A stretch of 64,000 bases of DNA from Calcarisporiella thermophila CBS 279.70 (lineage: Eukaryota > Fungi > Calcarisporiellomycota). Within the stretch, counting starts at the first letter, position 1. Every line of letters starts with the position of its first letter. Where the stretch lies: assembly GCF_041956535.1 (NCBI RefSeq), contig NW_027192194.1, forward strand, positions 403,444 through 467,443, read 5' to 3'. Positions 37,028 through 49,452 of the stretch are shown one piece after another. The notes under the pieces were generated by a model. It did not search any database, was not told the origin of the DNA, and was given only the letters and a program-made list of their open reading frames with translations. The translations under genes were made by a program, and so were the position numbers.

Positions 37028-38288
37028 TCATACCCGCTCTCTTGATAATCTCATGTGGATTCCTTGATCATCGTTTTTCGAATAGGTATAAGAAATTGCT
37101 AGTTTAGAATGGTGGTTCAGGGGAGACGGTTGATATCCTCAAAGGAAATGAATTAATTAAACCAGCAGGCACGTTGTCGTTTCCTCCCACTTCAAAGGGT
37201 GTTGCAAACCTATCCTATTTGATAAAGATATTATTTTGGAAGGAGGAAAGTTCATGAGGGAGATGCCGCTAACAAAAACAAAATTATAGGATTTGTGAGC
37301 GAGTTCTAGAATAAGTATTATAGTAAATATTGGATTATGTATCAAATGCATAACAATGTAGAGTCAATAGAGTTCGTGTAGCGTAGGGTTAGTGTAGGCT
37401 AATAAACTCAAAAATATCAATCTTAGGGATATTTTTGAGTTTATTAGGGAAGGGATGATTTTGGATGTGGCTTTGGAAAACAACTACGAAATACAGAACT
37501 CCGTTGCGCTTAAGCGAAAGCACTAGGATAGATCTTTGCAGAGCTACTAGTTCTCGCAATAGAGCTGAAATTTTGTATGCTAATGTTTTGGCCAATCAAA
37601 TCCCATCATTCTTTCATTATCCTTTCCGACACTTTGCGGAACCTCCTAAATACCTTTTCTCTGGTACTATTAAGGGTAAATCGTCACCAGATAGAGTACG
37701 TTGGATGCCTGGATCTGGCGCAATCCGCTGGGAACCCAGACTTGTAAATTTTGGCCGGAAAATATATATGGGCTGTGACAAGGAAAAGTTTGTGCAATCA
37801 CCTGAACTTTGCACTCTCACCAGAGTCTGTAAGGGATTTGCAAAAGAGGATCACCCCACGGCTCGCTTGCTTACGCAGCGGCGCATTCTCACGGATGGTC
37901 GCCTTCCTATGCTGCACTTTATCATCGATCGGAAATGGCGGAAGAGTAATATAAGCCGTTCCAAACCGCCGATTTGGGCTCTGTTTGTATTCGGGAGCTC
38001 CTTGGATTTCGGCTGCGCTGATTAGTCGGGTGCCCATATTATCGTGGATTCTGATTCCACCGAATTTGATATCCGAGAACAGGCGGCATATAGTTAGGCA
38101 CTGAAGAGCCTTGTGGGACAAATCGTTGAGAGACAAACGAATCAGCTGTCACCCTCACCTCTTGGCAAAATGCTACTTATATGATAGATTACCTCATAAG
38201 CGACTCCCAGCTCAAAATAGAAGGAGACAGAATTTCCCCCTTCTTATCCGGCTCCTTCCTTTCTCTTTCACCACGCATCTCCCCAAAA

Positions 38289-38975
38289 ATGAGGATAGTC
38301 ACCCCTCTACTCTTCGCCATTCCCCTCCTTCAGCTCATCCTGGCCACTCGGCCACTCAACACCACTATCGGCACGAGCCGGAAGACAATGGAGAATACTT
38401 GCAATGCAGGTACTGCGCTTATCTCATTGTGAAAAAGCATAATGCTCGATTGTCTGATTAACCCATTCTCTCTAAAAGATGTAACCACCATGGACGCTAA
38501 ACGCAGATTTGGAAAGCAAAAAGACTTGGGCGTGAGCTGGCACGTCTCGCTCCCATATAACCGCTGGGAGCCTGGGGGCCCTCCGGTTCCCATCATTATT
38601 GACGCTGGTGCCACAACATTTAATCACCTTGTCATAATTGCCACTACGCTGAATCTCGATCATGTTGGGGAATGGGAAGTACCTGACGATAGATTTGCAA
38701 CCGGTAAACTTTGAATTCTGTGCGAAAATTTTTCCACCTGACATGTATTAATGCATGGTCGATCTTCTGGAATAGTGGACGGCTGTCAGGGCGGGAACAA
38801 GGGGTCCACCCTGGTAACGAACACCACGCGAGTCATTGGCCCACAACTACGCTTAAAATGGCATCCTCCGAAGAAACGCGGCCTTGGGCCCATCCAGTTT
38901 TTCAGCTGCGTTGGATCAATCCCGCAGGCGGGCTATGAATGTTTTGCATCGGACGGGATAGACGAAGGGAACTAA
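38289..38975 (+). CDS. Secreted 181-aa Reeler-domain-like protein
   Basis: Signal peptide MRIVTPLLFAIPLLQLILA. Introns 38410-38478 and 38704-38775 give an in-frame 546-nt CDS. 'FNHLVIIA...VGEW...F..VDGC....TLV......LKWHPP...LGPIQF' fits the Reeler pattern. Confidence 0.72.
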
Positions 38976-40395
38976 AATAATCCATTCAAATGCCTAGATA
39001 GTCCCATCATTTTATTTATTATTTATTCTCATTACTTAATGTTTATACTCTCTTTCCTCTCCTCGCTCCTTTTGTATATCTCTCGATCCTCCTCTCTATT
39101 TCTCACGATGCACGTCATTTTGAAGCAATATGTAAGCTGGCCTTATCTAACCCTCAAAAATATAACCCATATGTATTATGCTACAAACGTGGCCGCTTCT
39201 TTAAGCTTGGATTCTATTTAGTAAGGCCCTCCATTCACCAGAATTTTAGCCTTAATTCAAACCAAGGGTGGATACTGCTTGATTTCGAGTTTGCCATATT
39301 TTTGGAAGTCGGTAGATATGTGACTAGTGGCTCCAAAATTTTAATGCCCTTGATGTGCTATGTCCTTGTGCTGAGAGGTTTACATTGCATGGACTCTTTG
39401 CTGGTTTAGTGTTGCATCCACTCTACATTCCACGGCCTGTTTTTTATCTTGATTGTAGAATCGATTTTGTAGAAGCACATGGGATAAAAGATATGATATG
39501 GAACAGATTTCTATTCCACTCTAATCCTTATTGTGTTCTCTTATACAGAGAAAATTCAAAATATATTTTGGTCGAAAGGGTGAGTTACCCCTCAGTGAGC
39601 TATGAGATGAGAGGCCGTCGTCCATAACACGGTATTTAAGTGTGCTAGCACTAATCAACTTCATAAGCAATAGTTAAACCAGCGAAAAATCCGTGAATGG
39701 ATCCACTATGGTTCAATGTATGTTATCAAGCGTGCTTGGCCTGTGGCAAGGACTTGGTTTTTGAGAGCTGTGCCCTAAGATGCTTTTTATGCGGTGCGAT
39801 AAAAGCATTTATGCCAGCTTCTCGAGCTATTCTGATGTCCTCTGCTGAATATGACGTTAGTTTGACACTTGCACAGTTGAGTTGGGAAGGTTTTGGAATA
39901 TTGTATGGGCTATTAGGTTGGTCTATTATCTCGCTTCAGCATCGATCATCATGTCATTTTTTCGACCATTCTCCTTACCCCGCTCCCCAGTCGATCAAGC
40001 ACAAAATCGGAGATCGATGATTCACGTGATCCGATTCGAAGTCTACCAATTTTATTCCACGAACTCAAAGACTCAGTGTTAGTGAATAATCTATGATTAT
40101 AGTTGGTCAACGGATGAGCTTACAGCAGCTTGGTTTGTAGTGGAAACTGTGACTCCAGGTTTGCTTGAGCGTCGCAAGTAGCCTTGGACTGGTGACCCTC
40201 ATCCAAGAGCGTGGCTCGAAGTTTCATTAGAGAGGGGTACCAAAAAGTCTCCGTCGAGATTCGAGTGACGTTTTCTATTCTCATTTTGCCACTGGAAGCT
40301 AGAAATAAGGCAAAACCCTAGTAAGCTCTATTTCCCTCCTTTCCTTTCTCCTTTTGATTTCTTTGCTCGACTCAATCACTGCTAAATCCATAGCC

Positions 40396-41787
40396 ATGGA
40401 CACGCCGGAGACTGATTCTGCTTGGTTTTCCAACACTTATCAGCAGATCCTCAATGAACTGCGTGATGCTCTGATGGACGCACAGCCCACCGACACTCTC
40501 CAGTTTTGCTTCAATTATTTTAGCAGAAAGCTCGAGGAGGAGCGCACTCGTCTACTATCGAGTACGTGGAAATCCCCCTTTTTTAATTTTGTTTTGCGTG
40601 ATCGCTCATATCCGTCCCCTCCCAATTCTTGCACTGCTATTATCTCTAGGAGTATCTTTGAATTGTGACGTTGATTCATTTGCCTCCATACCTCCCGCAC
40701 CCTTGCCCCAGTCTCTACAAGAGCTCCCTGAGCACCTCCTGCTTAGTGATGACGACGATCTTCCGGATGACGATGCCTCAGGCCGATCCATCCCGGCGGT
40801 TGACCCCGTAAACTACAACCGGGCCCGCCGTGTATCCATTAGCGCAGAATCCATGGCCCCATCCAAATTCAAAGATTACGTGACGACAGTGTATCCCAAG
40901 ACGGATGAGCAAAGAAGACGCATCGTCGATTCGATGTCTGGGAATTTTCTTTTTAAGAATTTGGATGAGGAGCAGCATCGAGATGTCATTGACGCCATGA
41001 TGGAGAAGCATGCCAAGGTTGGCGAAAAGGTCATCGAGCAAGGGGGAGAGGGCGACTATTTTTACGTGGTTGAGACCGGGGCTCTCGACGTTTATATTTC
41101 CAAGGACGGCGTGGAGCGCAAGGTGCTCACGTACGGCCCGGGTGGGAGCTTTGGCGAGCTTGCGCTCATGTACAACGCCCCCCGCGCTGCGACCATTGTC
41201 GCCACCTCCGACTGCGTGTTGTGGGCCCTCGATCGTGTCACATTCAGGCGCATCCTAATGGAAAACACGTCACGCAAACGCCGGATGTACGAGGCCTTTT
41301 TGGAGGAGGTGCCGCTTTTAGCGGAACTGCAGCCCTATGAGCGCCACAAGATTGCGGACGCGCTGGAGAGCGTGTACTTTGCTGACGGAGAGGCGGTGGT
41401 GAAGCAGGGAGATATTGGCGAGAATTTCTACTTCATCGAAGACGGGGAGGCGATTGCGACGAAGCGAGGAGAGAATGGCGAGGATATCGAGGTGCTGGCA
41501 TACAAAAAAGGCGACTATTTCGGGGGTAACCAAGCTTGTTTTCTCTCTTATTCTCAAGCCGACTGGCTAAATATGGGCTCACTCTCATTCCCTCTTGTTC
41601 TTTGTATCTAGAACTGGCGCTGCTCAATAACCAGCCACGTGCCGCCACCGTGCGTGCCAAGGGCCGCTTAAAGTGTGCCACCTTGGGCAAGAAAGCCTTC
41701 ACCCGTTTGCTCGGACCATTGCACGAGATCCTGAAGCGAAATAGCGCTCAATATGTAAAACTGTATGCGCAAACCCAGCAGATGTGA
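40396..41787 (+). CDS. pkaR: cAMP-dependent protein kinase regulatory subunit (PKA-R)
   Basis: N-terminal dimerisation/docking domain '[13 protein letters not shown]'. Inhibitor site RRVSISAES. Two cNMP domains ([15 protein letters not shown]; [15 protein letters not shown]). Two introns. Confidence 0.95.
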
Positions 41788-42434
41788 AGACACCATCTCG
41801 CTAGCTTGGCCTCGTGTCGCGGGTGTCGAGAACGGCTCTGTCCCCTCATTTTCCTACCTCTTTCTATTCTATTTTGGTACTACGATTATTTATTTTATAT
41901 ATACGTTTCGTTTCTTCTCCTCCCTCCCCCTCTGTTAGATTATTCGGCTCTCAAACTGAGAAAACTTGGAAAAAAAAATAATAATAAAAGTTATTTTATT
42001 ATCAATCATATCTCGAATACCCAACACACATTGCATAGTAACAAACAGAGTAATTTGAAAAGAAAAAAAAATAAAAAAGTGTGATGATAAAACTCAGGTT
42101 GGATAAAAATATACGCATTTAAACCACATTATTATTATCAGAGAGGAAAGAAAGAAAAAAAAAACATTGAGGAAACCCAAGAATTGAACAGAAATAAAAT
42201 AATTGTTAGTAGAAAAAAAAAAAGAAAAAAATCCCATTGAATATATATTTATATAAGAGTTCATTTTGTGATTTTTTTGTGTGTGTGGAAGGATTCTCTG
42301 TACAAGAACAAGGTGTGGGAGACAAGGTTTACACAGAAGAAAGAAAAAAAAAGACAAAAAGAAAAATAACGTTCCTTGTTCAAGAGAAAGGAGAGGATGT
42401 CGTTGCGAGCATACTCACGAAGGGATGGGGTCCA

Positions 42435-42871
42435 TTAGGACTGGTTCCAAAATGGCTGGTTCCGGCCGCCAGACTGGTGCAAATGCGATGGGTGGTAGCC
42501 TTGCTGGCCCTGCCCGCCTGTCTGGCCAACACCCCCACCCTGCTGTCCTCCGCCGAGATGGTATCCGCCAGCCACATTTTGCTGTCCGTAGGGAAACATG
42601 GTAGCAGCCGCATGTTGTCCATAATAAGAGGTGGCGGGATGCTGTTGGTGAGCGGGTGCTTGCTGATGCTGCTGCGGCCCGCCTGACTGCGGCTGCGAGG
42701 GCTGAGTTTGGCTCTGCTGCGATGCTTGACCGCCTTGCCCAAGTTTCTCACCTCCATAAGGAGATTTCCCGTAAGCTTGCGCAGAGTCCACCTTGCTTGC
42801 TTGCGAGTGGCTCTGCAGGTTATCCGACAGGAAGCCCTGCTGTCCTGCCTGCTGGCTTCCTTGCTGCGATG

Positions 42872-42902
<31 letters not shown>

Positions 42903-45646
42903 GTGCTGTTGTTGCTGCTGTGGTATTCCGTAGGATTTTTGATACGCGTCATAGATTCCCATTCCGGGGAGTCCGGCATGTAGACCCTGACCTTCGCTTC
43001 CATAGGCTCCCATCCCCGTCGCCGTCTGCGAGTAATGGTGATGGTGATGGGGCTGTGCCGATGCGGTGTAGGGGGAACCAGTCGATCCATAGCTAGGCGT
43101 TCCGGCTGCACCCATTCCCGCGGGCTTGTTGGCCTGGTGCCCACCGTGTCCGCCAGCTCCGGCCCCGTACATGGGGTACATGTTCTTATTCATCAACGGC
43201 TGCCCATATCCCGACTGCTGGTAGCTGAATTGGTTTGGCATAAAATAGTAGTGCGGATAATAGGGCATGCCAGTAAGTCCAGGGTAAGCCTGTTGCTGTT
43301 GTTGCTGTTGCTGCTGCTGCTGCTGTTGCTGGGGCAATTGCTGTTGCTGAGGCTGCTGCGTGACAGGAGGAGTGGTGCCAGCCTGGGAGGTGGCTTGAGC
43401 GGTGGTGTCTTGTGCATGTTTGGCGTCGCGCTGTTGGTATGCATTCAACCCCGAAGCCTGGAGAGATTGGGGGTCATTGTGATAGTAGCCGCCCTGGGAA
43501 AGGAACGAGAAATATTAGCCTACAAGGACCACATAGCAGCTGAAAAGCCCATATACCATTAAAACCGCTCGCTGAGCCTCCGTGCCATATACACTGGCCA
43601 ACTCGCTAGGTAGCGAGGTCATGCCTCCCATTCCGAAGCTTCCAAACTGTGCCGCTTGATTGGGCAAGTAGCTCATAGGGTCCATGCCCAAGTGGTAAGG
43701 GCTGGCCGTAGTCGCTGTAACTCCAGCCAGAGGTTGCTGCTGTTGCTGCTCCTTAACGAAAGACTGGCCAGACAGGGCGGCGTTGGCCAATCCACCGGGA
43801 ACGGCGGTCGAGGTAACCCCTGGTGGGGCAGCACCTGGAAATCGGTTGGCGAGGTTAGAGATTGGCTGCTGTGGTTGTTGAGGGAGGGCATTGAGGCCGG
43901 GAGGCATGGATTCCGGCGGTTGCTGACGATTGATTTCCTGTTGTTCAGGGAGGGTAGCTTTTGCGTCGGTATCGGGTTGGATGGCAGGCCTAGGAGAATG
44001 CAATCAGGATGCTTAATTCTCAAGCTCCTCACGGGGTAGGAGAGACCCCACTTACTTTTCCGCAGCATCCCCGGGGGTGGCTAGCTTTTCCGCTTCAGCG
44101 TTCTCATTATCGGATACGCGCAGGCTTCCAAATTGAACGCCAACACGGTCCAACGTAGACACAAACTGTAGGCTTGCATAGCTTGGCATAACGACAGGCT
44201 CGTCCTTTTTCACCCGGCGAATGGGCGACTGACTCTTCAAGCCTGGTGATGATATAGTGGCGGTGGCCGCCGAATTGAGATTATTTTGGGGCGCAGCTGC
44301 TTGTCCCCCCACTGAAGGGGTCGAGTCCGTCTTCCGTTCTACGGGGACGGGTTCGGCCAGGTGCTCGTCGGTTCGTTTGTCTGCAGTGATCTTTTCGGAA
44401 GGAAGGGGTTGGGATGCGGTATCGGTGGGTTGTAGAAGGGTTGATTCTGCAGCTGAATGGCGTTGATCACCCAGTGAACCAGCATTGGGGGTAAGGTCTT
44501 TTGATGTGCCATGTTTATCTGCTTTCAATGCGCCGGCTTTGGCCCCCGCTGCTTGTGTTGAAGTCGGCTCCGCCGGGGCAGGTTTGGCAGCGGGCCTAGG
44601 AGGTTGGAGGGGGATGAGCCAAATGAAGCCATTGAGTGGCGATGGGTACACTTTTAGAGTCACTTACTTCACAATGTCAGCCCATGATGGTTTAGAGGAA
44701 GAAGCGGGTTTAGAGACGGGTGCTGCCTGCTGTTGTTTCTGTGGTTGCGGTTGTGGTTGTTTCGGTGTTGAAGAGGATATCGATTGTGACACCTGTGGTG
44801 CGGGGGTATTCGTAGATACGCCCCATCCGTCTGTGCCAGTACCAGCAGGTAATTCGCCCCACCCGTCGCCCGCCGTCGTCACTTCCTTCCATGCGCTTGC
44901 AGTAATTGATTTGCCCTTGTTTTGTGCATCTTCCTGGGAAAGATTCGGCGATTTTCCGGCTACGATCGAAACAGCAGAACCAACATTAGCCAAAGATTGG
45001 TCAAACCACGGTCGCAATGGAGACTTACATGGACCGGTGCTTGATCTAGGCTTTCCACCAGCAGAAGATTTGCCTCGGCCCCGGCCACCGCGATCTCCCC
45101 CTATACCCTTTGCCATGCCACCACGTGCAGCAGCAGCGCCGGGGGCTGTTCCAGCGCTACGTGGTGCAGGAGCGGAAATTGGCTTCGACTTTACTGTTTC
45201 CCTCTTCGTTTTTTTCGATTTGACCTCGCCCCACTGATTAGCATGTCCTAGAAAAAATAAAATGGTGAACAAGGAGAGAAGAGGATAATAGGGGGGGGGA
45301 ATCGATGGGAACAGAGCGGAAGATTAGAAGTAGATGAATAAATCATTGCAGAGCGGCCAAAATGAACCGATCATGGCCATTGTCGGATATCCGCGACAAC
45401 CAAAAGCATTCGCATAATAAAAAGAAGCGGCAGCGACTCACCTTCGCTAATTCGTGCAATGGTTATTTCCAAATCCCCGCCGGCCTCTTGTACAGCAAAC
45501 AGCAGATCCTCGTCTGTCCATTCTGGAAATAACTCCTGCAGCGTCGCGAGCTTCCCACCATGCAATTGACGCAGCTGGCGTAACTCCTCTGATTCTTGCA
45601 GTTTGTGTGATGTGGGCTTGCCCGAGCGAGGCTCAACAGATGTCAT
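42435..45646 (-). CDS. DEF1: Def1/UBAP2-like protein: N-terminal CUE domain, RGG stretch, Q/G/Y-rich low-complexity C-terminus
   Basis: '[50 protein letters not shown]', 'DRGGRGRG', 'EPVVMP...VGVQFGSL', and polyQ tracts. Confidence 0.85.
43281..43340. repeat. CAG/CAA polyglutamine tract in DEF1 (a second tract lies at ~42870-42920)
   Basis: (tgc/tgt)n on the + strand, read as Gln codons on the - strand. Confidence 0.9.
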
Positions 45647-46365
45647 TTCTTGATGAGGTTTTTTTTATATATTATTTTTTATGAGGGTTGGAAGTTAAAA
45701 CAAGAGAAAAAAATAAAATGTTTGTGTGAGGGCGTGTCGTCAAAGTGTTCCGGACAAGAGAAAAGTGAACCCTCGAAAGCGAAAAGCAAAAGCGGCGCAG
45801 CACGTCACGTGGAACCCAGGCCATTTTTTTGTCGAAATTAAACGCTTCACTGTTCCAGTAGCATGATTAGGCGAGTGTAAAGATGGAATAGCCTATTTAA
45901 AAGGGGTTAAGGGGATGACATCAAGGGCCGAGAGCTTACTAGGAGGGGACAGGTTGGCCTAGATGGGGGCTTTATTGATTTGAGGGGAGCTCGGAACGCG
46001 TAAAAACGCGATATATTCCCATTCTGTATACAATTTAAGACCCATTTAGGATGCTCCCAACGTCCCACAACACCAAACATGGTTTATTTGTTTTATTACG
46101 CGTATTCATCGTCGAACTCTTCACATTGGATCGCCAATTAAAAGTCCAAGGGATTCAGCGTCCTCCCATTTACCCATCTGTTTCGCTCATTTTGTATGAT
46201 TTTCTAGTATCTTTGTTTTCCTGCATTGACGCTGCTCTTGGCCAATCCTTGCCTAGAGATTGCAACTTAGTTGATTGCTCGCTTACATCCGTGTGTATGA
46301 GTATTTAATCTGTCGCCTCTTCCAACACATTCAGAGATCGCACAAACGAAGAAACTTTCGATACG

Positions 46366-48677
46366 ATGAATGAGACCCGATTTCCCTCGACCTCCGAGTT
46401 CTCGGATAAGGTCCGAATCGACAGCAATGACGCGCTCGAGACCTCAAATACGGATCATATTGCCATCGCCGTCTTCTTCGCCTTGATATTTGGCATCACT
46501 TTCTGTTTCATATTTTATTATTGGGTAACCCAGTATCGGAAGAAATCGCATCAAGAACGAAGTGAGCGGTTTCTAGCGCAAGTGAAGGAAATGGATCAGG
46601 TAGGTCGTCGGTTGTGTCCTTTTTTTTCGGTTGAGAAATCGGCTTGTCAAGTATTAAGGCTATCTCTTTATCGTGATAGCTCGTCGAAAATGTCAAGTGG
46701 CAACTCTCATCCTTTACCCACCTCCCGGTGAACGATCTGTTTTTTGCCTTTTGGGGGAGCCATACGCGAAAGCGTATCATGCAGGAGAGCTCTAAGCACC
46801 GCGCAACGATTCAGTGGCGGTGGCTTCACCTTGCGTCGTGGACGCTAGTCCTAGTCTTTTTGAGTGGCATCGTTGTGCTACTCGTTGGCCTATACGGGGC
46901 TGGCATCGAGCCGAAAACCAAGGCTCAGGCCGTAGCCGGAGGGACCTTTTTGTTCATTTCTGCCATTAATTTCTTTTTGATCGTGCGCCAGAGGTTTTAT
47001 TATCTACACCGGAAAGAGCTGGTAGGCATTTTGCCCGGAGAAGGTTTTGACCGAGACCTCAATGTGGTTTTCCATATTAGCTACGGGACGATCCCAGAGT
47101 CCAGGCGCTCAGTAAAACGGCCTACCCGAGCTTTCGGCCAAACCTCTGGTCCAATTGGATCCAGATTGTAATCCTGGTTTTCGAGTTTATACAGCTTCTT
47201 GGGTTTCCCCTGCGAGATCTCCTGGACAACGAGGGGCTTCAATCCACGCCCGAGGGAGACCACTTTCAGGAGATGGTCACCACCATCCTGCACGTTGCAG
47301 GCCTGATCCCACGACTACGCTCCTCCACATGGTACAAATTCGAGCTCTGGACCACGTTCACGGGGACTTGTGTCGCGGTGCTGGTGGCGGCCTTCATCCA
47401 CTGCTACAATTTGTGGAGAGTCTATAGTATACCGGTGCAATGGGCCTACTACTTTATCCCCGTAGTGGTATAAACGCGCGAATATGAGCTTGTGTTCCTG
47501 TGGCCAAGCAGCTAACCCCGTATCTGCAGAATCTTCTTTACATCCCCATTCTAAATAGCTTTGTTTCGTCCGCAGCCTGTCAGTCACAGAACCTCTTGGA
47601 GAACAAGGAGATTCTCCAGCAGCTTCCATGCCACGCCCACGACATCCACCAGCCCACCTACCTCTGGTGCTCGCTGCTCGGCTATGCACTTGCCTACGTT
47701 CTGATGACCGTGTTTGTGACGTCCTACGAGCCGGAGCCGGTGGTGGGCGAGATCGAATTCAAGACGATGGGAGTGGCATTTTTAAAGAATATGGGTAAGG
47801 GTTTCACCGCTGGTCGTTCTGAACAAGAGCAAAGGTCTAACGAGGGATGTCCTTGGTTGGTGTTGGTAGCCCTAATGCTGATGATCGATTTCCTGCTTAT
47901 TCAACACAATCAAATGCAGACGCGTCTTCGCGGCGTCTTGTCCATCACCATCCTCCTAACCATGGTGTGTTATAATATCAAGGTGCGGCCCTGCTATGTC
48001 GACAAGGTAACCCTATGGCAAAGCCATGGCCCCTCTTCCACGGCGCGCCTCCATTTAGAAATTCTCCCTCCTTTTAGGTCAATTTTTGGCGCACATTTTC
48101 GTACACCTGTATTCTGTGGACGTCCGTGTTTGTCGCCATGCTCAACGACACCGGCGGATTTGTACTGTCCACGGGACCGTTTATCGTTTTTGGGATCATT
48201 GCGGGCGGATGGGGCTTTGTGTTTGTTGTATTCCTCACGATCTACCTGCTCCACCCATTCAAGGGCAGCGAAGAGCCCAAGGGATTGGTGGCGAGGAAAT
48301 CGACCGTAAGACGGGATCGGAAGGGGAGTCCGGTCGAGATAGTCGAATACATCGGAAAGAGGAGAATAGTAAGCCCGGTGGGGGCGAGAGTCCTCAATGG
48401 GAGGCCCCACGGGCGGGCTAGGGGTGGCCCAAGGGTGTTCAGTGGAAGTTTGGAGGGCCGGCTGGATGCGACTCTCCTAGTCCTGGGTGGCATACGGCGC
48501 CGAGTGTCACCTGGAGTTGTCCCGGCCGGGGTGAAGTTGGAGGATGAGAATGCTAGAGCCGCGACAATGTCCAGCCCGTCCAGCTCGACCACCGACAGAG
48601 AGCTTGACGCGGCAAGTGAAGATGAAAGTGTAGAGCAATCCACCCGTCGCACCGAGAGTAGAGCGGAGGGCCTCTGA
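46366..48677 (+). CDS. Multi-pass membrane protein of unknown function (roughly 10-12 TM; TRP-like/TmcB-like membrane region suspected)
   Basis: Five GT-AG introns join hydrophobic exons. 'NWIQIVILVFEFIQLLGFP', 'NLLYIPIL..FV...AC', 'LPC', 'RPCYVDKVNFWR' and a cytosolic Ser/Arg-rich tail. Confidence 0.75.
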
Positions 48678-49365
48678 TGCCGCCCTCGAAAGCTAGCCGT
48701 GACGGACAGGTTTTGAATTTCTTGGCACCTTCGATTTCCAAGCATATAAGAGAATCCTTTTTCTTTTTCGTCCCTTATTCTTTTTTTTTTTTTCTAGTAT
48801 ATAGTGTAGCCCTCCCCGGTTTTATTACAACACCTCTCTTGTTTTTTTTTATTTTGGCGCACGCGTATTGCCTCTTTTTTCTCCATTTTGGAGGTGGATG
48901 TATACTGTATATAGATTTCAAATGCACCTACTTCTTCTCTACGACTGGAATAAAAACAAAAGGTTTATTCAGAGGGGATATAGGTTAGTGAGGAGGATGG
49001 AGAACAAGAAGCAAAGGGGGGGAGGGGATAAACATAGAGGATATTATAATACAAACAACAACTAGAAGATATATATAGCTAGATATATAGATATCCCTGC
49101 CACCTTCAACTGGGAGGTATAGTGAGGGTGGAATGCAACTACCGGCTGGCATGGCCCATCCCAGTAGGAAAGGCCGTACGGGACCAGGTGATCGAGGCAT
49201 GGCCCACCCCACCCACCGCGCCAAGCAGATAATCGCCGCAGCGGAAAAAGGTTAGTCTAAAAGCTAGTTGGTGTAGAACAAGAAGCCAAAAAAGAAACAA
49301 CAAACAACATACATTTTCTAATTTCATAGCACAGAGCTAAGAATGAGGGGTGTGTATATGGAAGC

Positions 49366-49383
49366 GAGAGAGAGAGAGAGAAA
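49366..49383. repeat. (GA)n microsatellite downstream of ERG3
   Basis: Run gagagagagagagag. Confidence 0.6.
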
Positions 49384-49452
49384 GAGAGCACGCGAGAGGA
49401 AGGAGATGAAGAAAAGAGAAGGGAAGGAGGAAGCGGAGGCGAGCCGGCCCAC

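Noticed and set aside
42237-45237. Long overlapping ORFs (polyS, polyA, polyL) over DEF1
   Set aside because: Alternative-frame and antisense readings of the CAG-rich low-complexity CDS.
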